39,893 bases of DNA from Clostridia bacterium (GCA_022794095.1 JAAWEC010000100.1:1-39893), one strand, 5' to 3'; counted from the first letter of the stretch, positions 1 to 8,526 are shown. Notes: generated from the letters alone by a model not told the origin. A program made the numbers and translations.

Positions 1-29
1 CACAATTTAAATTTAAAATTGTAGAAGTA

Positions 30-58
30 TTGCAAAATTTTAATATAAGTGGTATATT
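30..58 (+). promoter_or_regulatory. putative sigma-A promoter upstream of murA
   Basis: TTGCAA (30-35), 17-nt spacer, TATATT (53-58) preceded by TGG (extended -10 like). A perfect 12-bp palindrome GTGTATATACAC (74-85) lies between it and the RBS. Confidence 0.4.
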
Positions 59-122
59 TATGTAGTTAATAGGGTGTATATACACTCTATTTTCATATTA
101 ATTTACTAATTTGGAGGAACTT

Positions 123-1383
123 ATGGAAAAATTAGTTATAACAGGTGGTACTCCTTTAAGAGGGGAAGTTTCTATTATTGGAGCAAAAAATTCTGCAATT
201 GCTATATTGCCTGCAACACTGTTGTCAAATGGTGTTTTCACATTATATAATGTTCCAAATATTATTGATGTAAGATTATCTTGCCAAATTTTAGAAGCTA
301 TAGGTTCCAAAATTACTTGGATAGACAAAAACACATTAATTATTGATAATAAAGATGTACATAGTACTAAAGTTCCTTTAGATTTAACTAGTAAATTTCG
401 TGCTTCATATTATCTAATTGGTTCTTTATTGAGTAAATATGGAAAAATAGAAGTCGGTTTACCTGGTGGTTGTAATTTAGGTGTTCGACCTATTGACCAA
501 CATATAAAGGGATTTGAAGCATTAGGTGCAGAATCTAATATTTCACAAGGAAAAATCTCCTTAAATGCAAAAAAATTAATTGGTACAAATATATATATGG
601 ATATAGTTTCTGTTGGTGCAACTATTAATATTATGATTGCAAGTGTTCTTGCCAAAGGAACTACTACTATAGAAAATGCAGCTAAGGAACCTCATGTAGT
701 TGATATTGCAAACTTTCTTAATTCTATGGGAGCTGATATTAGAGGTGCTGGAACTGATGTTATCAAAATTAATGGTGTTGAAAGATTAGCACGGAAATGC
801 AACTTATTCTGTTGTTCCTGACCAAATTGAAGCTGGAACTTTTATGCTTGCTGCTGTTGCAACAAAAGGTGATATAGTAATTAAAAATTGTATTACTAAG
901 CATTTAGAATCTATTACTGCAAAAATGATTGAAGTTGGTGGAAATGTAGAAGATAATATTGATAGTATTCGAGTTTGGTCTAATAAAAGACCTAATAAAG
1001 CTACTATAAAAACTTTACCATATCCAGGTTTTCCAACTGATTTACAACCACAAATGGGTGTTGTTTTATCTCTATCTAATGGAAATAGTATGATTCATGA
1101 AAGTATTTGGGATTCTCGATTCCAATATACAGATGAATTAAATAAAATGGGAGCTAAGATAACAGCTCAAGGAAAATCTGCATTTTTTGAAGGTGTTAAA
1201 AAGTTATCAGGTGCACCAGTTTATTCTTCTGACTTACGTGCAGGTGCTGCTCTTGTTATTGCAGGAACAGTAGCAGATGGAATTACTGAAATCTATAATT
1301 TAGAACATATTGATAGAGGTTACGAAAATATAGAAGAAAAATTCAGAAAACTTGGAGCAAAAATTGAAAGAGTTACAGAATAA
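123..1383 (+). CDS. murA: UDP-N-acetylglucosamine 1-carboxyvinyltransferase (MurA); needs a +1 shift at CGG-A 792-795
   Basis: ORFs 111..821 and 844..1383 are the N and C halves of one MurA-like protein (LVITGGTPLRGEV, VVPDQIEAGTF, DLRAGAALVIAG). GGAGG at 113-117 precedes ATG 123. The halves join exactly if GGA 793-795 is read after GCA 789-791. Confidence 0.9.
792..795 (+). other. recoding site: in-frame CGG followed by A; the +1 frame GGA (Gly) continues MurA
   Basis: tta gca C GGA aat gca act tat tct gtt gtt cct gac caa att gaa gct gga act ttt ATG(844). This gives VERLA-G-NATYSVVPDQIEAGTF. Confidence 0.8.
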
Positions 1384-1477
1384 AAATTACTAAACTCAAT
1401 GATTATTTTTATGCTTTTAAGAAAAAATAATAACTATTATTAATTAGTAATTAATAAAAAACAAAGGAAATAAAATC

Positions 1478-2269
1478 ATGTTAAATTTTTGTAGTTTATA
1501 TAGTGGTAGTAGTGGAAATAGTTTATTTGTAGAAACTCAAAATACAAAGCTTTTAGTTGATGCTGGTGTAAGTAGCAAAAAGATTGAAAAAGCTTTAGAA
1601 GATTTAGAAATTGAGCCATCTTCTTTAGATGGCATTTTAATTACACATGAGCATTCAGACCATGTACAAGGATTAGGAACTTTTTCTAAAAAATTTGATT
1701 TACCTGTTTTTGTTAATCAAGAAACATTAGATGCTATGCCAAAACAGAAGGATAAAATTTCGAGCAATAATATTAAAACTTTTAAAATTGCAGATAAATT
1801 TTCAATTGGTGATTTAGATATTAAGCCATTTTCTATTCCACATGATGCTGCTAACCCTTGTGGTTTTAATATTTGGAATAAAGGTAAGAAATTAAGTATT
1901 GCAACTGATATAGGTCATATGACAAATGATATTTTAAAGCAATTAGAAGAAAGTTTATTTGTTATGTTAGAAGCAAATTATGACCCTGAAGTTCTACGTT
2001 GTTCTTCTTATCCTTTCTCTTTAAAATCAAGAATTGCAGGTCCAATTGGCCATTTATCTAATGAAGTTGCTGGAAAGACAATTTCTTATTTGTTAAAGTC
2101 TGGTCTTAAATCTGCTATGCTTGGACATTTAAGTAAGGAAAGCAATTTCCCTGAACTTGCATACCAAACTGTTGTTGATGAATTGATTGGTAATTCTTAT
2201 TTTGAAGATAATTCTATTGGCTTAAGTGTAGCTAGTAGAGATACTCATAGTGAATTAGTACAGCTTTAG
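1478..2269 (+). CDS. MBL-fold metallo-hydrolase (YycJ/WalJ-like)
   Basis: 263-aa ORF with the beta-lactamase-fold metal motif ITHEHSDHVQG and N-terminal SGSSGN; AGGAAA RBS upstream. Confidence 0.8.
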   Translation: MLNFCSLYSGSSGNSLFVETQNTKLLVDAGVSSKKIEKALEDLEIEPSSLDGILITHEHSDHVQGLGTFSKKFDLPVFVNQETLDAMPKQKDKISSNNIKTFKIADKFSIGDLDIKPFSIPHDAANPCGFNIWNKGKKLSIATDIGHMTNDILKQLEESLFVMLEANYDPEVLRCSSYPFSLKSRIAGPIGHLSNEVAGKTISYLLKSGLKSAMLGHLSKESNFPELAYQTVVDELIGNSYFEDNSIGLSVASRDTHSELVQL

Positions 2270-2341
2270 TTTCCCTAAAAGTTTATGCTTTTTAGAAGCT
2301 TTAGCTTTTGGAAATTAGCAAATTTTAGAAGGTGGTATATA

Positions 2342-2821
2342 ATGTTAGGTATTCAAGTTATTTGTGTTGGAAAACTAAAGGAAACTTATTTAAAATCTGC
2401 TATAGCTGAGTATAGCAAGCGTTTGTCTAAGTATTGTAAGCTTGAAATTGTTGAGCTTCCTGATGAGAAAATACCTGAAAAATTAAATGGCAGTATATCT
2501 AATGAAATCAAATCTAAAGAGTCTGATAATATCCTTAAACATATAAAAAAAGATTCTTATGTAATTTGTTTAGATTTAACTGGAAAACAATTTTCTTCTG
2601 AAGAGTTTTCTTCTGAAATAGAACGTATTTCTATGACTTCTAGCCATATAACTTTTATTATTGGTGGTTCTTTGGGTTTAAGCAAAAACTTACTAGATTT
2701 TTGTACTCAAAAAATATGCTTTTCTAAAATGACTTTTCCTCATCAATTAATTCGCATTTTTTTATTGGAACAGTTATTTAGAAGCTTTAAAATTTCAAAT
2801 GGTGAAATATATCATCGTTAA
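2342..2821 (+). CDS. rlmH: 23S rRNA (pseudouridine1915-N3)-methyltransferase RlmH
   Basis: 159-aa SPOUT-type protein (IQVICVGKLKE..., IIGGSLGLS, SKMTFPHQL). AAGGTGG RBS then ATG 2342; the longer ORF from 2285 is probably over-extended. Confidence 0.85.
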   Translation: MLGIQVICVGKLKETYLKSAIAEYSKRLSKYCKLEIVELPDEKIPEKLNGSISNEIKSKESDNILKHIKKDSYVICLDLTGKQFSSEEFSSEIERISMTSSHITFIIGGSLGLSKNLLDFCTQKICFSKMTFPHQLIRIFLLEQLFRSFKISNGEIYHR

Positions 2822-2888
2822 TTATTTCTTAGTTCTGTTGATTTTAAAAAAATGTAATTATATATTAGAACTAAATTTATTACAATTA

Positions 2889-2999
2889 TTTTGTAGAGAA
2901 AATACAAGAATAAATTAAAAACTTAAAATTATAGGGGCTAAACTTAAATTTTATTATATATTTTTATATTATTTTTGGGGGAGTATTTTCTCTACAAAA
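2889..2999. repeat. 17-bp perfect inverted repeat (TTTTGTAGAGAAAATAC / GTATTTTCTCTACAAAA) with a 77-nt spacer
   Basis: Arms at 2889-2905 and 2983-2999, in the convergent rlmH/spmB intergenic region. Confidence 0.7.
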
Positions 3000-3156
3000 G
3001 TAAAAACTTAATTAATTGGATATTTTTTTCGAAATTTCTTTTGTTAGTTTCCAGATTATAATTTTTCTAACAATAAAAAAAATAATGATAAATAATAAAA
3101 CTTTTTTAATCATGAACAAATTATACTCTATATTTTCTCATTTGTCAACAAAAACT

Positions 3157-3684
3157 TTACGACATAATTCTACAAATTCCTACACTCACAAGCATTCCAA
3201 CAATATCTGCTGCTAAGCAAGCTATCAAAACAAATCTTGTTTTTTTTATTTTTACACAACTAGTATAGATAGCTATAGTATATAGTGTTGTTTCTGTTGA
3301 GCCCATAATTGTAGATGCTATCATACCAATAGTTGTATCTACTCCATATGTTTTCATTATGTCTGTTGCTACTGCAATAGAGCCACTTCCAGAGATTGGT
3401 CTTAGCATTGCAAGTGGCATAATTTCACTTGGAAAATGAATTACATTTAAAAATGGCATCACAAAACTAATTATTATGTCTAAAATCCCTGAACTTCTTA
3501 ATGCTCCAATTGCTACAAATAAGCCAATTAAAGTAGGGAGAATACTTATAACTATTGACATTCCTTCTTTTGCACCATCTAAAAAGTCATCAAAAACTTT
3601 GTTTTTTTCAATCAACCCATATATAACAATAATTAATATTACAAGTGGCATAGCTAAATTAGATACAAAACTAAAAATTTGCAT
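3157..3684 (-). CDS. spmB: spore maturation protein B-like membrane protein (nucleoside-transporter/FeoB-C fold family)
   Basis: 175-aa polytopic membrane ORF immediately downstream of the spmA-like gene, as in the Bacillus/Clostridium spmAB pair. Confidence 0.7.
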   Translation of the reverse strand: MQIFSFVSNLAMPLVILIIVIYGLIEKNKVFDDFLDGAKEGMSIVISILPTLIGLFVAIGALRSSGILDIIISFVMPFLNVIHFPSEIMPLAMLRPISGSGSIAVATDIMKTYGVDTTIGMIASTIMGSTETTLYTIAIYTSCVKIKKTRFVLIACLAADIVGMLVSVGICRIMS

Positions 3685-3733
3685 TTTTCATGCTCCTTTC
3701 TGCAATAATATATTTGAGTTGATTATATTTATT

Positions 3734-4325
3734 TTAAAAATTTTTAAACTTTACTTTTTTTATCAATATTTTTGCTACAAAAATTCCTGCTACAGCTGCA
3801 CATATTGTGGCAATCCAAACAGGAAAAACAATTGCTGTTGGATTTTCAGAACCTAGCGAATTTCTAATGGCAATTACAGTTGTTGGAATTATTTGAATAG
3901 AAGCCGTATTTAATACTATAAACATTAACATTGAATTACTTAAAACTTCTTTTTTAGTATTTTCCTTTTGCATTGATTTCATTGCTTTTAATCCAAGTGG
4001 AGTTGCTGCATTTCCTAATCCTAAAATATTTGCAATCATATTCATAGAAATTTCTTTTTGAATTTGTTTATTTTTTTTCATTTCTGGAAACAATATCTTT
4101 ATAATAGGAAGTAAAAAAAATGTTAATTTATCTATTATTTTTGTTTTGCTTGCAACTTGCATCATGCCATTCCATAAGCAAATAGTTCCGTAATAAATTA
4201 ATTGATAAGCTAATAGCATCATTTGTGCTTTGAAAAATTGAAGAATTTAGTTTTTCTAAATTCCCTGAAAAAATCGCGTATGAAAACGAAATGATAATAA
4301 ATACTGGCCATATTTTATTTAACAT
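3734..4325 (-). CDS. spmA: spore maturation protein A-like membrane protein; needs a +1 shift at CGG-A (4190..4187)
   Basis: ORFs 4128..4343 and 3734..4222 overlap and join as ...AISLSINLL-G-TICLWNGMMQVASK. AAGGTGA RBS then ATG 4325. LGLGNAATPLGLKAM motif in the C half. Confidence 0.75.
4187..4190 (-). other. recoding site: in-frame CGG followed by A; the +1 frame GGA continues SpmA
   Basis: Minus strand: aat tta tta C GGA act att tgc tta tgg aat ggc atg atg. CGG is in frame with ORF 4128..4343, GGA with ORF 3734..4222. Confidence 0.75.
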
Positions 4326-4448
4326 ATATATCACCTTAAACAATTTTATTCAAAATTAAATTTTTTATTACAATATAATTGACCTACATTTTTATTTGTG
4401 ATATATTATATATGGATTGTCTAAATAACTTTTAAGGAGGAGATTGAT

Positions 4449-4707
4449 ATGAAATCAACTGGAATTATAAGAAGAGTGGACGAGCTTCGGAAGAGTAGTT
4501 ATACCAATAGAAATCAGAAATCAATTCAATATTCTTGAAAAAGACCCTATTGAAATATATGTACAGGGTTCATCAATTGTGCTAAAAAAATTTGAACCAA
4601 ACTGTATCTTCTGTGGTAATAATGAAGATTTGTTATCTTATAATGACAAATTAATATGTCCTGATTGCGCTAAAAAAATCGGCAAACTTGAACTAAAAGA
4701 AAATTAA
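4449..4707 (+). CDS. abrB: AbrB/SpoVT-family transition-state regulator-like protein; needs a +1 shift at CGG-A 4488-4491
   Basis: Missing from the ORF track because the shift splits it. GGAGGAG RBS then ATG 4449. Read with the shift: MKSTGIIRRVDEL-G-RVVIPIEIRNQFNILEKDPIEIYVQGSSIVLKKFEPNCIFCGNNEDLLSYNDKLICPDCAKKIGKLELKEN. The span is 259 nt, which is 86 codons plus one extra base. Confidence 0.8.
4488..4491 (+). other. recoding site: in-frame CGG followed by A; the +1 frame GGA gives the conserved Gly of the AbrB DELGRVVIP motif
   Basis: gac gag ctt C GGA aga gta gtt ata cca ata gaa atc aga. Confidence 0.8.
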
Positions 4708-4737
4708 TTATATTTTCTTTTTAAAATTTGTATTTCT

Positions 4738-4770
4738 AAAAAGGCATAAAAATAATTATGCCTTTTTTTG
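4738..4770. terminator. bidirectional intrinsic terminator between abrB-like (+) and rsmI (-)
   Basis: AAAAAGGCATAAaaatAATTATGCCTTTTTTT: 8-bp GC-containing stem flanked by an A-run and a T-run. Confidence 0.75.
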
Positions 4771-4789
4771 ATTTTATATTAAATACATT

Positions 4790-5605
4790 CTACACAAATT
4801 TTTGATAAATTTCGTTTTTATTTAATCCTCTATCTTTAGCTATTTTTTTTATAATTTCTTTTTTCTGTAGTCCTTGATTTTCATATAGTTTATAATGTTC
4901 TTCTAAAGTTAAATTTTCAAAATTATTTTTTTCTTCAATTTTATTATTTTTTTCTATAATTAAAACCATCTCACCTTTTAAATTTTCTGATACTTTTATT
5001 ATTTCTTCTATATTTCCTCTAATAAATTCTTCATGAATTTTAGTAAGTTCTCTTGCCAAAACAACTTGTCTATTTTCTAATATTTCTTTTAAATCTTTTA
5101 ATGTTGATAGCAACTTATGTGGTGCTTCATATAAAATGATTGTTTTCTTACTTGCCTTTATCTCTTCTAATTTTTCTTTTCTTGTTTTTTTATTCAGTGG
5201 CAAAAAACCTAAAAATACAAATTCCTTTGTATCAATACCAGAAGCAATTAATGCATTTATCATTGCACAAGCTCCAGGAATTGGAATAACCTCTATTTGT
5301 TCTTCAATACATTTTTTTATAATTGCTTCACCTGGATCACAAATTCCTGGTGTTCCAGCATCTGAAACCAATGCAATATCTAGCCCCTCTTTTAACTTTT
5401 CTATTAAAATATTAGTTTTTTCATCTTCATTATGCCTATGATTGCTAATTAACGGTTTACTTATTTCAAAGTGATTTAATAATTTTAATGTATGCCTTGT
5501 GTCTTCTGCTGCAATTAAATCAACATTTTTTAGCACATTAATTGCTCTTAATGTAATATCTTCTAAATTTCCAATTGGTGTTGCCACAATATATAATTTC
5601 CCCAT
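4790..5605 (-). CDS. rsmI: 16S rRNA (cytidine1402-2'-O)-methyltransferase RsmI
   Basis: 271 aa starting MGKLYIVATPIGNLEDITLRAINVL...IAAEDTRHT, the typical RsmI tetrapyrrole-methylase-fold N-terminus. Confidence 0.9.
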   Translation of the reverse strand: MGKLYIVATPIGNLEDITLRAINVLKNVDLIAAEDTRHTLKLLNHFEISKPLISNHRHNEDEKTNILIEKLKEGLDIALVSDAGTPGICDPGEAIIKKCIEEQIEVIPIPGACAMINALIASGIDTKEFVFLGFLPLNKKTRKEKLEEIKASKKTIILYEAPHKLLSTLKDLKEILENRQVVLARELTKIHEEFIRGNIEEIIKVSENLKGEMVLIIEKNNKIEEKNNFENLTLEEHYKLYENQGLQKKEIIKKIAKDRGLNKNEIYQKFV

Positions 5606-5648
5606 TTTATTCTCCTTTATATAATAATACTTTAAGAAATAATACTAA

Positions 5649-6395
5649 CTATTTAATAATATTATAAATTTCTTTAATTTCTTTTGTATATTTTCCATTT
5701 TCATTATAAATATATAAATTATTTTGTACCTTTAAAAAAGGATTTGCATTTTTTATACCTTTTATTAAAATCAATTTTGGCTCACTTTTTTTATTTGAAT
5801 AAACAAAACGTATTACCTTAGGTTCTATTTTATATTTCCTCATAACACTTAGTATATCTACTAATCTATCTGGTCTATGTACCATATAAAATTCACCTTT
5901 ATCTTTTAATAAATCCTTTGATACCTTGATAAAGTCGTCTAATGTAGCTGTTGTTTCATGTCTGGAAATTATTTTCTTTTCTTCTTCATTTTTTATTCCA
6001 GTTCCTTTTTTCTTATATGGTGGATTTGTAACAATTGCATCAAAAGTATTTTTTTCTAATTTTTTATTTATATTTAAAATGTCCTCATTTATTATTTTGA
6101 ATTTATTTTCTAAATTATTTAATTTAATACTTTTTTTTGCCATTTCATAAACTTCTTTTTGAACTTCTATTCCTATTATCTCTTTTAATTTTGTTTTTCC
6201 ACATAATAAAGTCGCAATTATTCCTGTTCCTGTTCCTAAATCTAAAACCTTGGAATTTTCTTTTATGTCTTTTGCAAAATTTGATAATAATACACTATCA
6301 ATTCCAAAACAAAATCCTTTTTTGTTTTGAATTATTTTTAAATCTTTAAATTGTAAATTTTCTATTTTTTCATTTTCACTTAATTTAATTTCCAT
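5649..6395 (-). CDS. class I SAM methyltransferase, tRNA1(Val) adenine37-N6-methyltransferase-like (YabB/TrmN6 type)
   Basis: 248 aa with LKIIQNKKGFCFGIDSVLLSNFA, SAM motif LDLGTGTGI and catalytic VTNPPY. Confidence 0.75.
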   Translation of the reverse strand: MEIKLSENEKIENLQFKDLKIIQNKKGFCFGIDSVLLSNFAKDIKENSKVLDLGTGTGIIATLLCGKTKLKEIIGIEVQKEVYEMAKKSIKLNNLENKFKIINEDILNINKKLEKNTFDAIVTNPPYKKKGTGIKNEEEKKIISRHETTATLDDFIKVSKDLLKDKGEFYMVHRPDRLVDILSVMRKYKIEPKVIRFVYSNKKSEPKLILIKGIKNANPFLKVQNNLYIYNENGKYTKEIKEIYNIIK

Positions 6396-6832
6396 TTCCT
6401 TTTCCTTTTATTTAAAATTTTTGAAAAATTAAAATTTATTTTTAATTTTTTTATTTTATTTTTAATTTTATATTTTATTTTCTTTTTTTATTTTTACTTT
6501 TTTATTTTTTTATAAATTTAAAAATTTTTTCTCTTAACTTTTGTAAAAACTTTTGAGAAAAATGACCTTTCTCATTTTTACTTTTTTCAAGCTCAAAACA
6601 TGAATATTTTTATTTCTCAAACTTTATTTTTGTTTTATGTTTATTTATACAATTGATAATATATATGCTTTCTTTCTCTTTTGCCCCATAGCATTTATCT
6701 TTGTTAATATGTTTGAATTCAATTTTATTTTACCTTAATATTATAAAATTTGTAAACCTTTCTTTATTTCCTTCATATTATACTACAAAACACATATTTT
6801 TGCAAAATTTAAAAAATAGGAGACTAAAAAAA

Positions 6833-7015
6833 ATGGATAGAATTTTTCTTAACGAAAATAATAGAGGAGAAGAAAAAACTTCTCCAAAAAAATCTTTTGA
6901 TTTTAAATTATATAAAAAAAACACATTAAATTCTATTAATGATGTTGAAAAATTTTTAAATAATTTTCATCATTACTTTAAATACTTTAAATTATATAAA
7001 ATAATAAAAAAATAA
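6833..7015 (+). CDS. hypothetical small basic protein (60 aa)
   Basis: TAGGAGAC RBS about 10 nt before ATG 6833. It is the only plausible ORF in a 1-kb AT-rich spacer. Low-complexity sequence with no recognisable family. Confidence 0.25.
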   Translation: MDRIFLNENNRGEEKTSPKKSFDFKLYKKNTLNSINDVEKFLNNFHHYFKYFKLYKIIKK

Positions 7016-7420
7016 TTAAAATATTAAAAATTTTTACAAAACGTAGATACATCTTGCTTCTAAAAATTTTTTTACTTTTTACACAATTATTTTATAAGAA
7101 TATAAAATAAATTATAAAAAATAAATATTTTTTTAATTATTTTTTCATTTTTTATTTTTATATTTTATTTTTTTACACTTCTTAAAAATTTTTCCTAATA
7201 AAAATTTTTATATTTTTTGCTTTTTTTCATATACTTTTCTTATTATTTTAAGCTGTTTTTTGTATTTATGTATACCGTTTTTTGCTTTTTATAATATCGA
7301 CATTTTCCTTTATTCCCATGCTTTTCGCTCATTTATTCTCTTCTAAAATGCATTACTTTTTCTAAGGTTTCTCCTTATCTTTTTCTTCTTGTTTTTTGGT
7401 GTACATAACCCCGTTTTTTT

Positions 7421-7963
7421 CTATTTATTTTGTCTTGTGTAAATTTCCTTAAACTCTTCACTTTCATTTCCATCAATCAAAAACTTAACCTTATTTACTT
7501 CATTTAATTCTGTTAAAGTATTAACAATACAATTTATAATATTCATTTTTTCCTTTTCATCATCTTTAGAATAATTCAAAAACTCATTTGAAAAATCCAA
7601 AACAATGCAATCATTTTCTAAATAATTTTTATTTAGTTTAGTATTATCTGGCATCACTTTTTTATTTTTCTCATTCTTAGGACCTTCAATCAACAAATTA
7701 ATCAATTTATCATAAGGATTATTTATAATTTCCTTAATGTCAATAAGCCTTGCTTCTGGATTTATCTCATTTGTGTCTTTAGATGGAAAATACAAACTAA
7801 CAATTGTCTGTCTTACTTGTTCATCTGCAATTTCCTCTTGAGGAACATATTCCTCTACAATTGTTTCTTCCTTATTCTTTACATACTTAATTGCAAAATA
7901 GCCTCCCAACAAAATAACAACTAACAAAACGAAAAAAATTATACCTATCTTTTTTCCTTTCAT
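7421..7963 (-). CDS. GerM-like (GerMN domain) sporulation/germination lipoprotein-like protein
   Basis: N-terminal TM/signal (KKIGIIFFVLLVVILLGG), then a domain with SLYFP...NPYDKLINLLIEGP...VLDFS...IVNTLTEL..VKFLIDG, typical of GerMN. The internal ATG 7963 is preferred over the ORF start at 8023. Confidence 0.55.
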   Translation of the reverse strand: MKGKKIGIIFFVLLVVILLGGYFAIKYVKNKEETIVEEYVPQEEIADEQVRQTIVSLYFPSKDTNEINPEARLIDIKEIINNPYDKLINLLIEGPKNEKNKKVMPDNTKLNKNYLENDCIVLDFSNEFLNYSKDDEKEKMNIINCIVNTLTELNEVNKVKFLIDGNESEEFKEIYTRQNK

Positions 7964-8076
7964 AATCACTTCATTCCTTTCTAACTTACACAAAGTTGAT
8001 AATAAAAAATTAAATCTAACCATATCTCATTGTGTTTTTATATTTACTAACATCATATTACTTGTTTGTCCATTTT

Positions 8077-8207
8077 AGAACAAAAGGAGCATGATTAAAA
8101 ATTTTTGACCTTTCAGATTACTTTATATGCTCCGTCTTTGTTCATCTGCCAAATTTACTTTAGCAAATTTGTGTAGAATGTGTTTCTGTTATAGGAAAAT
8201 CGCATTT
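8077..8207 (+). repeat. structured intergenic repeat element, copy A (two hairpins; candidate ncRNA or IS200/IS605-type PATE-like element)
   Basis: Stem 1 is 8077-8094 / 8127-8143 (AGAACAAAAGGAGCATGA ... ATGCTCCGTCTTTGTTC). Stem 2 is 8150-8171 (CAAATTT actttagc AAATTTG). The tail TGTAGAATG..TTATAGGAAAATC follows. Homologous to 14611-14754. Confidence 0.6.
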
Positions 8208-8452
8208 GGGTCATTCAGTGCCTGTCCCAATTATGCCCAAATGGGTCACTCGGTGCCTGTCCCAGATATGCCCAAATGGGTTACTCGGTGCCTGTCCCAA
8301 TTATGCCCAAATGGGATACTCGGTGCCTGTCCCAGATATTCCCAAAAGGGATACTCGGTGCCTGTCCCAGATATGCCCAAATGGGTCACTCAGTGCCTGT
8401 CCCAGATATGCCCAAATGGGATACTCTGTACCTGTCCCAATTATGCCCAAAT
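8208..8452 (+). repeat. tandem array of 7 x 35 bp with no spacers (GGGTCACTCGGTGCCTGTCCCAGATATGCCCAAAT consensus)
   Basis: Units start at 8208, 8243, 8278, 8313, 8348, 8383 and 8418. Two subtypes: CCCAATTATGCCC in units 1, 3 and 7; CCCAGATATGCCC in units 2, 5 and 6, with unit 4 a variant (CCCAGATATTCCC). Unit 2 has 20 of 35 G+C, far above the surrounding sequence. Confidence 0.95.
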
Positions 8453-8475
8453 GATAACATTCCCATTTTGTCCCA

Positions 8476-8504
8476 TTGACAAATTGCCTTTTTCCGTATA
8501 AAAT
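8476..8504 (+). promoter_or_regulatory. sigma-A promoter of the activase-fusion gene
   Basis: TTGACA (8476-8481), 17-nt spacer, TAAAAT (8499-8504). It lies 24 bp downstream of the last 35-bp repeat. AAAGGAAG RBS before ATG 8527. Confidence 0.55.
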
Positions 8505-8526
8505 TAGGCTGAAAGGAAGTTTTTTT

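Noticed and set aside
3016-3216. Small plus-strand ORFs in intergenic or antisense positions (3016..3216, 5926..6150, 6137..6349, 14799..15020, 34670..35358 series)
   Set aside because: They have low-complexity composition, no RBS, and overlap better-supported genes or lie in AT/T-rich spacers.
8208-8452. CRISPR array
   Set aside because: The repeats are directly adjacent with no spacers. No cas genes or leader-like arrangement are present in the window.
8127-8501. Three overlapping plus-strand ORFs (8127..8501, 8206..8454, 8276..8479) encoding Cys/Pro-rich repeats across the 35-bp array
   Set aside because: They are a by-product of a stop-free 35-bp unit. The period is not divisible by 3, so all three frames read the same repeat. 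None has an RBS. They run through the -35/-10 boxes of the next gene. They contain in-frame CGG-T codons, whereas every credible gene in the window avoids in-frame CGG.
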